Origin: Macrostomum lignano
Taxonomy: Eukaryota
Reading direction: 5' to 3'
DNA length: 43,362 bases
Assembly (NCBI GenBank): GCA_002269645.1
Contig: NIVC01004522.1
Coordinates: forward strand, 1 to 43,362
In this document: piece after piece, positions 1 through 12,332 of the stretch
How positions within the stretch are numbered: position 1 is the stretch's first letter
How the letters are laid out: each line of letters begins with the position of its first letter
Program-made: the position numbers and the translations under genes
The notes under the pieces: generated by a model
What the model was told of the DNA's origin: nothing
Databases searched by the model: none
The model's input: only the letters and a program-made list of their open reading frames with translations

Positions 1-1
1 T

Positions 2-14
2 AAGGCAGTACGTA
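2..14. repeat. Target-site duplication, left copy (AAGGCAGTACGTA)
   Basis: Identical to 3137-3149. Confidence 0.85.
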
Positions 15-3000
15 AGGCCTGACGGAGGGATGGGCCAAGCGGCTACGCCGCATGGCTCAAACTTCCGCCTTGGTCTCCACCAACTGACCATCCTCCGCTG
101 CCGGCCGAGCTCAGACTCCCGACGGCGGGCACAAGGCGAAGGCAGCAGCCGTACCCCAGTCGCTGGGGAGGAGGGCGGTGTAGCGCGGCTAGGTGACTCA
201 CCTGCCGTGGGCGCCGTGTCGCGCCTCCGCGGCGGCTGAGGAGACGGCTGAGCCTGAGCCAATGGAAAATTGGCGACTCAACTCTCACGCGATGAGGCTG
301 ATAATGAGTTGCTTTTGCCTCCCCTGGACAGTAGACATGACTGTCTCCCAGGGCATCTCACTACTTGCAGGTCAACGCAGCACAGCATTGCTGCTTCAGT
401 CAACCTATTGAAGCACACTGACCAAGACGCGCCAGGGATTATCCTTATCCAGGAACCTTGGACGCTAAGGGGCAGGCCCCAACATGTCCCCAACCGGCTA
501 CAGTGTTTACGACGCTGGCACCCGGGAGGGAAACCTGACACCAAGATCCTGCATCATGGTGTCCAGTTCTATTAACGCATGGCTCAGATCGGACGCTGTC
601 TACCAGGGACATCTGTGTCATCCAGTCTGAAGACATACTCCCTGGGAGGACTACCCTCATCGCCTCGGTCTATACCTACCGGGCGACGGCGAGAATGATC
701 CCAGTAGAGCTTGTCACACTGGTCGAGCTCTGCTCCACCAGGAATTATGAGCTGCTTGTGGCAGGCGATATCACGCCCACCTCACCCATGGGGCAGTTCT
801 GATATTAACCAGAGAGGTGAAGACTTCCTGGCTTATATCACTACTACAACCTTGAGTTCTGTAACTCGGTAATACCCCTACTTTCAATAACGGACGCCGA
901 TCGGAGGTGCTGGATGCCACCCTCGCCACGCTTCCAGAGTACTAGGGAGTGGCGGGTGCTTTCTGAGGCGTCCCTCTCCGATCACAAGTTCATCTCCACG
1001 CTGGCCAGCGCCCCGAAACGCAGGCCAGCTTTACTGGAAACGGAATGCAAGGAATACCGACTGGACGCGCCATCAGGCTTGCTCTGGAGGAGACCTATCG
1101 TTGCACTAGCGCTCCAGTCTCCATCAACAGTTGCGAGGAAGCAGATGAATTTGCGGCCGCACTTACGGACTCGCTCACTGCTGCCTTCGAAGCCTCATGC
1201 CCACTAAATGCATATAAAGGCAAACAGTCGGCCCATGGTGGAACCCGCAGCTTGGCGACCTCCGTCGCAGAGCCAAAAAGGCTTCACCGCAGGCCCCAAA
1301 AAACTAAAAACCTGGCCGACCAAACCGCCTACCTGAACTCTATCCACGAGTTCAAGAGGCAGGTTAGGAACGCCAAAACCAACAAGTGGCGCGAATACTG
1401 TGAGGAACTTGAGGGCTCCCGCCCCACCTCCAGAATCGTTAAAGTCCTCACCCTGGACAAAATGTCCAAACTCTCCTCAGTCAAGAGAGCCGACGGCTCG
1501 CTCACTGAGAACCCAGGAGGAACACTGGAAGCGATGCTAACAGCGTTTTTCCCGAACGAGCCAGCCAGGCCCGACCCCCCCCCCCTGACCACTCAGTGGG
1601 CGTCACGTACTGGCTGACTCAATCATCACGGAGGACCGCGTTCCTAAAGCAGTCTCCTTCAACCCTTTAAATCCCCAGGACCGGACGGCATTGTGCAAGC
1701 TTTCCTGCGAGAGGCGGTGAAATGCACCGGTTTCCTGCGTTACTTACGCCGGCCTGGTCTGGACCAGCGCCTTGCAGATTAAAACATGCAACGAAGCCCT
1801 TAAAAAGGTGCAGGGACGCGCGTGCCGCATGATTCTGAATGCCCCGCTCTCTGCTCCCTTTGACGGCCTCAACGCCTTCCTTTGCCTCCCGCCTCTGGAC
1901 ATCTTTGTCCGTCGCGAGGCTGCTAAAACCACCAGCCGGCTCATCGAGGCTGGCGTTAGCTTCAAGCCACAAAGAGCGATGGCGGAGCGCTAGCTCCTGC
2001 CGCACTCTGACCTGTGCCTTAAAGTTCTGGAGGAGAGCGGGAGTGCGGCTGTCCTTTCGGACGCTGAGCCGCGCTCCCTAAATCTCTAACAACGCTTTAA
2101 GGTCACTATCCCCGCCAGGGAGAACGCCAACGACAGCTGGGCCCCTCAGGAGGTTCACTGCTTCATTGACGGATCCTCCAAAGACGGTTTATCCGGCTTT
2201 GGAGTCTGTATCCTTATCAACGGCCGCGTGATCGCTACTCACGCCCAACACACTGGCAGACTCTCCAGCGTCTTCCAGAACGAAATCCTTGCCATCAGCT
2301 CCTGTGCAGCTGAGCTCCACTGCAGGGACTTCAAGGACAGAGGAATCTTCTTCCACTCTGACAGCCAGGCCGCTTTACAGGCCCTGTGTCACACCACTAC
2401 GAACTCCCGAACAGTCCGCGACTGTACCGGGCAGCTCAACAAGCTGGCTTGGAGGAACACCGTCCGGCTCACGTGGATCCCAGGACACACTGGGTTCAAA
2501 GGTAACGAGCTCGCCGACTCCCTCGCCAAGGCGGGTAGTTCTGGCTCGCTCCTTGGCCCTGTGCCCCTGGCCCCCATCCCCGCCACGGTCATTAATCGTG
2601 AGACATCCTGCACTAAAGCAGATGGGGTGGCATTTCCAACTGCCGCCAGTCCCGTGCTGCAGTGCCCAATTCATCCCTCAAGCTGCGGAGAATCCTTTTG
2701 AATCAAAATCGAAAAGATATCCGCGCTCTCATAATGACCTTCACAGGTCACGGTTGCTTTGCCAGGCACTGCTTTCTCCGAAGTGTTCGCCGGAGCGAAC
2801 TCTGCCCTTTCTGCAACCTCGAGAACGAAGACGCCAAGCACTTCGTCTGCTACTGCCCGGCCCTCAAACGAGACCGGCTCAACCACCTCGGGCCCAACCC
2901 GTCCCTGGACGACGCTTGCCGGCCCGAGAACATCCCACGGCTCATCCGGTTCCTCCGGGCTACCAAACGAGCCTCCGTCTTCCCCACCGAAGACAACGCT

Positions 3001-3136
3001 GCAGACAGGACCGGCAGACCTCCCTGACCGGCCCCGCGCCCTAGCCTTTGCGGGTCTTCTCAGGGATTAGTGGAATGGGCGACGCTCGCCTCCCCGCTGC
3101 GTCTTCGGACCGCCCTGCAGCTAAGTCAAGTAAGTC
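15..3136 (+). mobile_element. 5'-truncated non-LTR retrotransposon (APE + RNase H + C-terminal CCHC; LOA/Lian-like), internally deleted and frameshifted
   Basis: Flanked by identical 13-bp direct repeats AAGGCAGTACGTA (2-14, 3137-3149), with a short TAAGTCAAG-type repeat tail at 3122-3136. GC-rich relative to host DNA. Motifs across frames: APE (IILIQEPW, VAGD, SLSDHKFI), KSPGPDGI, VTYAGLVW..LKKVQGRACRMI..LPPLD, RNase H (FIDGS, SVFQNEILAI, FHSDSQAAL, WIPGHTGFKGNELADSLAK), CCHC (CPFCNLENEDAKHFVCYCP). Confidence 0.9.
337..3027 (+). pseudogene. Disrupted ORF2 (pol) of the non-LTR element: APE ~337-1000, linker, RT core absent, RNase H ~2150-2540, CCHC ~2800-2860
   Basis: ATG at 337 begins MTVSQGISLL..QHSIAASVNLLKH. 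The domain pieces lie in several ORFs (270-575, 914-1207, 1045-1617, 1772-1993, 2228-2701, 2662-3027) joined by frameshifts. No YADD-like motif is seen. Confidence 0.85.
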
Positions 3137-3149
3137 AAGGCAGTACGTA
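3137..3149. repeat. Target-site duplication, right copy (AAGGCAGTACGTA)
   Basis: Identical to 2-14. Confidence 0.85.
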
Positions 3150-4179
3150 CGGGCCAAGTTGAAAAAAGACCATTTTTTCGACATTAAAAAACAAGTTTTT
3201 GTACTGTTAGCCCAGATTTTTAGTATATGGAAAGAAGATAAAGTGCGAGACAAAAATCCATTTTATATCATTTTAGCTTGGATGCCCGTGTTTACTGACG
3301 CAGCTCGCTAAGCGCTGCCATATTTTCCTGCCCCTATAATTGAGATCAACGTTTTTGACAACCCAACGCCATGGCAACCAAACACTGTGGATCTGGTAGC
3401 CGCAGGTGTTTGACGAATTTTAGCGAAAACCGTTTGTAAATTCGTCATGCCATTTAAAATGGCACCGTTTAAAAGTTGAAAAATGTGAATCTTAGCGTGT
3501 CACATGTTGCACGTCTTATCATATCAGGGACGATTTCGATTCAGAAAGATATCATCTTTCTGATGAAATAAAATACTCGCTACGCAAGGCCAGAGCCAAG
3601 CTGGGCTGGCTGACTAAAGCCAGGTTTGCACTGGCAGCTAAAACCCGTAGAAAAATAGCTGCTTGAAAGTAATTTTCAGCAATTTTTCCGCTGGCTATTT
3701 GGAATTTTATAAGCAGCAGTTCACCTGTCAGCTTCGACAAAATTTACTAGTTTTGCTTGCAAACCCCAACGGCTGCGTAGAAGTAAGTATTCTGGATCGC
3801 TATTGTTTCTGCAAATTTCTGTATAACTACATGTAAATGCGACTGGTACTTGTTAGTTGGCAGATAATAGAACGAACGGGTCCAATTGTATCAGCTTGTC
3901 CCAAAAAAGTGCCCAACACGTGTGCATGGCATACATACTTTGTGCCCGTGATTTTGGTCCTGAGCAAAAACTGCACAAACAGATAGGTAGGGTAAAGCCA
4001 ATAGCCTTGAGCGATGATCAGAGGCACTAATCTGTGCCACCCTCTGTGGCATATAACTAGGTTCAGATTTTCTGAACCAGGACGTTCTTTATCGAAAGCA
4101 CAGTGCGTTCGTGTTTTTTAAACATCTTTAAAACATTTGTGCTTTCGAGAAACTCTCCAATTTCTATATCTTACTTCAG

Positions 4180-7167
4180 ATGCAGCAAGAAGTCGTTAGC
4201 GATGAACGTGGAGAACTTTTACATGTTGATTCTGATCAAGATAGCGAACAGAACCTCAGTAGCACTGCAGCTATAAACTCAGACAGTAATGAGCAACACA
4301 ATGCCGAAACGCATTGTACTTCACTTAAAGACAACTGGGAGTTGATTACTAAAGAGACCATTCAAAAATTGTCTCCCGGAGACGTGATAAGCAGAAAGTA
4401 CTGCGGATTCAGTTACAGGATGATTGTGGACAGCGTCGAAGTAAAAAAAGACGCAAACGAAAATTTTGAAAAGGCGACAATTAGTGCCATTTACTACGGT
4501 AGGCAGGGAATTAAACGCCGGATAGTTCGCGATGTTTTCAGTATTCAAGCGGATGGAAGCTCATCGGTCTTAAAGCCGAAATGTTGGCTTCAGCACCAGC
4601 CAAATGAATGGTGCTACTCACCTGAAGTTGTGGTTCAGCGAGCTCGGAGCCGTGTAAACGAAGCTCAGCACTCATTTTTTGGAAACATGGCTTCAGACTT
4701 CGTCAGGTGGTGCAAAACCAGGTGTTCCAGCCATCGGCCAGATAACTTAGTCCCGATTTACGTCTCTGAAGATAATAAGAATATGATTCACTCCGTGAAA
4801 TCAGGCGACCATCTGGAAGTCAAATGTGCAGGACGCGACAGATTGCACTGCAAGGTCTTGACGACCACTAAATTAAACAATTCAAAGTTTGAATTAACGA
4901 TGAGAGCTACTTCTGTTGATACAGGAACTAAGCACATCAGGATGGTTCACGAACGAAAAATTGAGCTGCAGAGAAACAAGTTAGTAAAAGTAAGCGTCAA
5001 CTTGCAAGGTATCGATTTGTCCAATCGCACTGAAAAAATAAACAACCTGATCTACAAGAATAAGCGAGCTAGAATGCACGATTTCTGCTTGCATCTGACC
5101 AACCCTAACATGTCGGATGAGGAATGGATGCAAACAGTGGTCGACGTGCCTAAAAGACATTGGAGTTTCCGAATTCGATTCTTTAAACCTACAAAGCCTG
5201 CCGAAAATCTGAACAAAGGAGACATTGTATATATTCAGGGCCATTACCAAGTTGTAACTAATGTAGCGTTCAACGATTCTAAAGTCGAAATTACTACTAT
5301 GCTGTATGGAAAAAAAGAATTAAAAGCCAATGAACCGATCGAAGTAAAGCTTGCCATTGAAGCTAAAGAACGGGACGCGATTCTCTGCGTACACAATGAC
5401 GCCGCATTAGACTGCCCTCTGGAAGGTGGAGGACGAAAGAAGCCAAGTTACACTTTCGAAAGAATCAAGGATTCAGCTCAGATACAGAAAGGGTGTACAA
5501 TCAGTATGAGAAGCGGATCCCCACTGTTTAAACACTGTATCGTTTCCAGTGTCGCAACAGACAATGAGAGTGCTACCGAATCTGAGAGTGCTTCTGATTC
5601 TGAGTTTTTTGTTGAATCTTCTGATATAGTATCTTTTAGTGCCATTTCATACGAACTAGGATCACTCATAGCAGAGAAAAGCTTCACTTTAAATGTCTCG
5701 AAGAGCACAATCTATCGAGTGACCTACAATGTCTCAGATAAAAGCATGTACTCCAGCAATGAAGTCGTCGAAAGAGCCCGCTCACGCCTGGGCGAGAGGC
5801 AGCACAACATCCAGTGGAACAGCAGAGGGGACTTCGCTCGCTGGTGTAGCATCAAGCACCAGAGTAATCGAGAACAGACCCGCGTCCCCGTCAACTCTGC
5901 TGATGAACTCCATGCATTCAAGCAGGGTCACGTTAGATTTTTGAAGCTCCTTCCGTACTCGCATCACGCAATTCTAAGGGATTGCAGCAAAGTAGAAGGA
6001 TGCAATGATATCTTGAGAGTTAGCATGTACGAGAACAATGTTGCTTATAAATGTGTCAGAAAAGAGCAGCTGAATATTTCAGAGAACGAAACCGTTCGAC
6101 GAGTAAGGTACGCAGAACGTCGCGAAGTCAACTCTGCCAGTGTCGAGCAGCTACTCGGCCTCACATTCTTAAACGCGGACGATGATCGGCTTGGGTTCAG
6201 CGGCCCAATCGTTAAGAAGTGTGGCAGCAGAGTAAAGAGTGAGGATTTCTGTTGCTGGATTAAAACCAGCTACTGCGAGAGAGGAGAAAAGGCAGTTCAA
6301 GAGTTGTTCGATCAGAGTACCCGAAAACAGGTGGAAGTGGAGGAGATTGGAAGAGACAGCGTCAATATTTTTGACCACATCATTCTCACTCGCAAAGCTA
6401 ACGGAAAGGACATTGAGGTTCATTTCATTGTCACTAAGTGGGATTCAATTGCGTGCACTGGTGTCGGTATGACGTACGAGTTTTCCGCTGAAAAGGTCGG
6501 CTTAAGATTTAAGAAGTTCGATGGCTTTCTGCGAGTGACGGGCCCGGGTCACATTGAGAAAGTGGTGCACAACTCCGAGCTCAACTGGGACCAAATTGAT
6601 GCCAAGTTTAAAGAGCTGGAAGGAATTGAGGAATACAGCCTACTTTTTAACAACTGTGAACATTTTGTTAATTACCTGATTTATGGCCGCCTTACCTGCT
6701 CTCAGTTAAGCCGGGTGACAGGCCTTGGAACAAAGTATGTACTGAGATTTTTGCGCACTATAATGGTTTATGTTTTTCGATTTTTTAAAGGATTTGGAAA
6801 ACAATTCTCATCATTTTCTCCTGTTGGTGATGTGATTGGCACCATTCCAGATGGATTAACATGGTGGTGCGAGGGTTTAGGCCTTGGTTTCATTGCGCTG
6901 ATGATCATTAGCTCGATCGTCTGGCTTCGAAAACGTCAAGCAGACTTGGCCATGCCTGATCACGAGTTTAAATATCGATTGATCAACATCCTGTCCATGG
7001 GAGGCTGTGCGCTTCTAGGAGCTGTCTTAGCATTCGGACTGGTTCACGTGTTGCTACTGTCAAGTTGGCCAGCAATTTGCCTTGGTGTCGGAATCGGTTC
7101 ATTTGCGGCAGTAGTCGGATACTTCGCTCCTAAGCTCTGGGCACTTTTAAAATGCCTTAGGCCTTAG
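4180..7167 (+). CDS. Multi-LRAT-domain membrane protein A (995 aa): six tandem LRAT/H-NC-like modules, last with intact H...NCEHF, about 3 C-terminal TM helices
   Basis: Single uninterrupted ORF. Terminal module has EVHF (His 6421-6423) and YSLLFNNCEHFVNYLIYG (Cys 6655-6657). Upstream modules keep GDVI/GDHL/GDIV starts and EVVxRARSRxxE...FxxWC ends. Hydrophobic C-terminus (GLGLGFIALMIISSIVWL etc.). ATG directly follows TTACTTCAG. Confidence 0.88.
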   Translation: MQQEVVSDERGELLHVDSDQDSEQNLSSTAAINSDSNEQHNAETHCTSLKDNWELITKETIQKLSPGDVISRKYCGFSYRMIVDSVEVKKDANENFEKATISAIYYGRQGIKRRIVRDVFSIQADGSSSVLKPKCWLQHQPNEWCYSPEVVVQRARSRVNEAQHSFFGNMASDFVRWCKTRCSSHRPDNLVPIYVSEDNKNMIHSVKSGDHLEVKCAGRDRLHCKVLTTTKLNNSKFELTMRATSVDTGTKHIRMVHERKIELQRNKLVKVSVNLQGIDLSNRTEKINNLIYKNKRARMHDFCLHLTNPNMSDEEWMQTVVDVPKRHWSFRIRFFKPTKPAENLNKGDIVYIQGHYQVVTNVAFNDSKVEITTMLYGKKELKANEPIEVKLAIEAKERDAILCVHNDAALDCPLEGGGRKKPSYTFERIKDSAQIQKGCTISMRSGSPLFKHCIVSSVATDNESATESESASDSEFFVESSDIVSFSAISYELGSLIAEKSFTLNVSKSTIYRVTYNVSDKSMYSSNEVVERARSRLGERQHNIQWNSRGDFARWCSIKHQSNREQTRVPVNSADELHAFKQGHVRFLKLLPYSHHAILRDCSKVEGCNDILRVSMYENNVAYKCVRKEQLNISENETVRRVRYAERREVNSASVEQLLGLTFLNADDDRLGFSGPIVKKCGSRVKSEDFCCWIKTSYCERGEKAVQELFDQSTRKQVEVEEIGRDSVNIFDHIILTRKANGKDIEVHFIVTKWDSIACTGVGMTYEFSAEKVGLRFKKFDGFLRVTGPGHIEKVVHNSELNWDQIDAKFKELEGIEEYSLLFNNCEHFVNYLIYGRLTCSQLSRVTGLGTKYVLRFLRTIMVYVFRFFKGFGKQFSSFSPVGDVIGTIPDGLTWWCEGLGLGFIALMIISSIVWLRKRQADLAMPDHEFKYRLINILSMGGCALLGAVLAFGLVHVLLLSSWPAICLGVGIGSFAAVVGYFAPKLWALLKCLRP

Positions 7168-9827
7168 CTAAAACTACGATAATAGACGTTATGGCGTCTG
7201 CTGACTTCAAAATTCTTCAACGGAATATTTCCCAAGTACGTTCGTTACTATCGCCTGTTAGTTTTTTTCTGCCGTGATTTCAGAAATGCGTCAGAACGCT
7301 TGGCTCTAAAAACTCTAAACTCTAATAGTGAAATCGAACTATGTACCTTCACCAAAAAACTCGCTTTATAAACAATTCTTTTTATTTCTAAGGTGAAATA
7401 TTCAATCATTAATTTTCGTTCCGCATAGTATAGCTATAATAGTATACCAGATGTAAGTGTTGTTTCCGGTGTCATGAATGCTATTTCACCGACTCCCAGT
7501 CCGTATAAGCATATCTATTTACAATAACAAGAGTAATGGTAAAGATTTTCAATAACAATTTCAAATAACAAGTCTGTTATTCAAGATTTTTGCAAGTTTT
7601 AGTGGTGTATTTGGTTTCCATGTTTTCAATGACTTTATTTAAAATTAGCGACTACGCTCTCGTACAACGTTTTTCGCAAATTTACTTTAAGTGGCTTAAA
7701 AATATGAATGCGACACGTCTTTTCGCAATTGACACTGTATCGGTTTGATTATTCTGTAATTAGAAAAGCAAATGAACGAGCGTATTCTCTAAACTTTAAT
7801 CAAGATATTATTCCTTTATAGTTTTAATGATTCTGTGCGTCAATTTATTCTATCTAGGCTATGGTTCTAATAATATGCTATTTTGTTTAATTCGATTCGT
7901 TTCCAAGAAATTCTACTCATATTTGAACATTCAACTAGTAGTAATTTCTGTAAGCGCATGGCAGTCTTGGACGTGGATCAACCAGTGTATGCAAGATCGA
8001 AAGCATAGCAGTTTAGTTTAAATCTTCAGTGTACGCAATTAAATAATAACAAAATTAATGATTACTATTTAGTTACTAGCAAATCGTCTAGGCCTGACAT
8101 GCGTAGCCAGTTAAATATATATTCTACTACTAGTACTACTATCGTTCCCTACTCTAGCCTCCGCAAAGTAAATATACCGGACTCGTTACAGGGTGCTTCT
8201 GTTAAAGATACAATATTTTTCCGAGGCTATCCATCGCACAGACAATCTTGACTGATTTTGCAGTTTTGATAATTGTTAAATCCCTGAACACCTAGATAAA
8301 GAGTACGAGGTACAGTACGGCTCGTAGTACAGGTATTCAGGTCCTTGCTCGCCTGCGTCAGGACGCGAGTGGTCACAGCTTCCCGTAGTACGAAGGCATC
8401 TGGACGATCCTACGTGACTGATGTTCGCGTCAGAACGCTTGGACACCAAACCACGAGTATCAGCCCCTTATACGCTCGTGTAGTTCTCCGGTTTTTCATT
8501 TGACGTCCTAATTTCGTCCAGTGTAGTTTGATCAGTCATACTTAAGAGGGCTTAAAATCAACATCGTGTTGCTGTTGAGATCTTTCTGCGTTCTTTTCAG
8601 TCTTAAACGCAAAATAGTAACAAGACTCAAGTGTTTAAGAGATTTCTAAACAGCTTAGATGCCTGGTCCATGCTATATATTTTATTATCTTTCGTTCCCT
8701 TAACGCATGGTTAGCAACGGCAGGGGTTTAAATAAACAAACACATGCAACAAATTAAATTAAAATAAAATAGTAGGTTCGCTACGGGGGCGAGGATAGAT
8801 TTTTTAGTATCAGTATTTTGGCTCCATTGAGTGAGTCTTGAGTAATTTTATCTGCTTTTTTGCGGTTGCTATGCTTCCCGGGGTTGGTCGTTGGTTTTCG
8901 AGCTTTATCTCGCCTGCCAGCTAAATCTTCTCGCCGTCTTGCTTTAACTGGCACCTCGGCTGTTCATTAACGTAATCTCACCCCCACTTGTATCTGGAAT
9001 GGATGGTGGCTGTGATCTTATCAACCCCGCTGCTGACCTCTTTGCTTTTTTCTTTTTGCTCTTTTAACCTGGCCTTGCCTAATCAGCTAGCCTGGCCTCG
9101 GCTTGGCTTTTTTCTGGTCCCTTCTTGCGGATTTCTAAGCCCTACGTACAGGCAATTATTCTACAGAAACAATAGTTGCTTTTTTGCAAAAGAAATCTCA
9201 TAAAAATTCATTTCTAAAGTTTTTGCTTTCGTTTAATGAAGAGCCCGTGAGCAGTAGCTCAACCATCGTCAACCATACCATAGTTGTTCGAATCGTGACC
9301 TCTCGCGGTTTATGCTACTGATTTTATTATATTAAATATTATTTCGATTATTTTAGTGGATTGCTGGTTTATTTAATGATATTTAGTGAAAAAACGGTTT
9401 AAAACATTAATCCTCCTTGTGTTTCCTTGATATGTGCTAGGGCAAGACTCCCCATGAGAGGCAAGACTCCTATATTTCCTATATTCTAGTTTCCCCTTAG
9501 TTCCCCCTTACCTTGAATTCCCTTCAGTTGAAATTTTCTAAGTCAAGAAATATCACAAACGGATGCTTCTCTGACCCAACTGCTCTTTACTCATAACGTT
9601 TCCCACCAAAACCTGATTAGTAATTACTGATTAGTCTCATATCTCATTCTTATATCTCATTCTCATATCTCACAGTCTCTGCTTGCTTTTAATTGTCAAT
9701 CAGTCTAACACCCCAAGTCTAATAATATGTCGAGCGCTGAACCGTGTAAGGCCATTCCCAGATGAAGGTTTCAGCATTTTTTCAAGCATCTAATTGCCTC
9801 GTGAGGTCAGTCAAAAAAGAGCGAAAT

Positions 9828-10160
<333 letters not shown>

Positions 10161-10289
10161 CCTAAAAGAAAGGGACAGAACCCATGCTATTCATTATTTT
10201 ACTAAAATGTTTGGGGGCCTCAGATTCTGCAGACTCAGACTCTGCATTGCAGTATGCACTGGATTGTGCATCTATAGATGCCATGGTTA

Positions 10290-10720
10290 TCGGAGTGTTG
10301 GGGAACCAACAGGACTAGGAATGGAAGCTTCCGTACATCACCTGGGCCTATAAAACCTCGGTGCACAGCACCACCGGCCTCAGCCCATATAGTAGGCCTT
10401 CAAGGCTGGCCACCCAGACTGCATGGCTCTTGACAGCTGGCTGATAACGGCGACCGGCCGGCAGCGGACGGTGGACATCGCGGCTTCCTGCAGCGGACTC
10501 AGAAAACCCTGGCAGTGCACCGTTGACTCGGTGCATGGCCAGCTGCGGCGTGCGCAGATCGAGCGGAACCGGCTCGCCAACCAGGACTGCCATATTGTGC
10601 CGTTCTTGGAGGGCCAGCTCGTGGTGCTCTGCAACTAAGTGCGGCCAGACGCGGAGCCTGAGTGACAAGTGGAAAGGGTCGTACCGAGTCCTGAGCACCT
10701 GACTACCTGCAGCTTCCGTC
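10290..10720 (+). mobile_element. Degenerate Ty3/Gypsy integrase C-terminal fragment (core end plus GPY/F module)
   Basis: From 10301: GNQQD*EWKLPYITWAYKTSVHSTTGLSPY (W-x-x-L-P...AYN...H..TG.SP motif). Later PFLEGQLVVL and RSLSDKWKGSYRVL (GPY/F). Stops and frameshifts present. Confidence 0.8.
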
Positions 10721-10754
10721 TTCGTCATCACTGGAGCTTCCATCCGCTGTCGAC

Positions 10755-11160
10755 AAAGGGGAAAGTGATGTAGTCGACTTGTTAGTGCGCAGGGCTCTGT
10801 AGGGTGCCCGTGCAAGCGATGTCTTTGGGGTGAGGGTTGCTTGTTATCGCATGCATGTTGGTAGTGGGTGCACTCAGCCCCCGTTCTAGTTCAAATATAT
10901 TGGCGTGCGACAGTGAGGTGGGCCTCACGCGTTTTTGGGTAATCATTCTTAAACCACGCTCTTATGGCTCGCACTATCAATGACAGGATAGACAAAAAAG
11001 AAGTGCATTCTTGTAGAAGTTGTTTCGCTGTGATAAGCTCGAGTTAATAAAAGTTTCTTCGCGTCAAACAAGCAGACAGTTTTAAAGCCTATAGCAGTGT
11101 TTTAAGCTTCATTACCCAAAAAGGTACACTTGAATAACTGCTTATTGATTTTCTTCTACA
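10755..11160 (+). mobile_element. Putative polypurine tract and 3' LTR of the Gypsy relic
   Basis: AAAGGGGAAAG (10755-10765) follows the integrase fragment. TGTAG at 10769 pairs with CTACA ending at 11160, and AATAAA lies at 11046. No second LTR is present in the window to confirm the ends. Confidence 0.45.
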
Positions 11161-12332
11161 AACTTCTGCATTGGTAAGCAGCTAAAACATTCCTCTATTT
11201 AGTTATAGTGACGACTGACTCTAAGACTGATGATTTATAATTCAGTCTTATGATAGTACTCATTTTATTCATTGATTGAAGCCCGTAAATTTTAGCCCAG
11301 TAAAGTTGTTGACATAATACGAGCGTAAACCCATTAAAAAACAAGGCAATTTTTTGTGACTAATTTCGTTTTTTCAAATGGTTGTCAAAATATAACACAA
11401 CCATGTAAATAGCTAATCGTTGCGGTGTCTCTGTACAAGTCAAGTAATCGAAGGACAACAACAAAAACAACAACAAAATACTTCACCCGTCAGCCACGCA
11501 GTGGAAAGAAAGGGGGGAGAAGTCACAGAGCGCGTCTCTGGGTCATAGCCCTCAGAAAGTCACCTACAGCTTGGTCCGGGGCGCCAGCATCGTTAGGACG
11601 CTGCACTTTTAGCACGTGATCCAAAATCTCACGTTCTGGACTTCCAAATTTCAATTGTAGCCAAGCACGCCCCACATTGCACTAATAAGCTTATCAATGC
11701 GAAAATCTTTAAGCAGTCTCGCAGGACAGTGTCTCTGTGTTGCCAGTTGGCAAGGCTCCAGATACTGTTTTGTTTTCTAAACCGGTTTCGCGAAGATTTG
11801 TTTTATTTAATTAGGCTAAATGGGGTTTGGCCAAGGACAAAATTCGATCAAGAAAAAGCTTTGCTAGAAAAATGCGATGATGGGAGCACGAGAATCGGCC
11901 GCAGGGAGATTTGCCCACCGAGCGTTTCGTGCCGAACATAGAAAAGAAAACCTACAAGAAACAGTTTGATCTGGTAAATTTCTTTATTCGCTGCCGGAAA
12001 TACGACAAAAACTCGGCGGGCAATTCTCTTGGACCCCGATAAGACATGGATATAGCGACTTCCAAAACATTATTTACGTCTTTTGGGACTTTATTCGACT
12101 ATATTTATTATTAGCCCAGAAAATATTTGAACCCGTGTGACTTATGTGAGGACACAAGCCTTTCTCTGGAGCTGTATCACAATTTTTTCGTATTGCGCAT
12201 CGAAAACCGGTCTCTAGAGCAAAATCTGAAATCTGACCTTCTACATTAGTTCTCCTTGGCAATGTGCTACATCCATATTCAAGGACCACTAATTGCCGAA
12301 ATTAGCTTTCTAAAAAACCCGGACAATTTCAG

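Noticed and set aside
3367-3380. RFX X-box-like motifs upstream of A (3367) and B (12249)
   Set aside because: Only half-site matches, at inconsistent distances from the starts; chance occurrence is likely.
8290-9180. GC-richer patches that look like decayed coding sequence
   Set aside because: All frames examined have stops and no motif could be recognised.
9252-9296. A/B-box-like pair (GTAGCTCAA ... GTTCGAATC)
   Set aside because: Spacing is short and there is no cloverleaf or recognisable body; at most a decayed SINE fragment.
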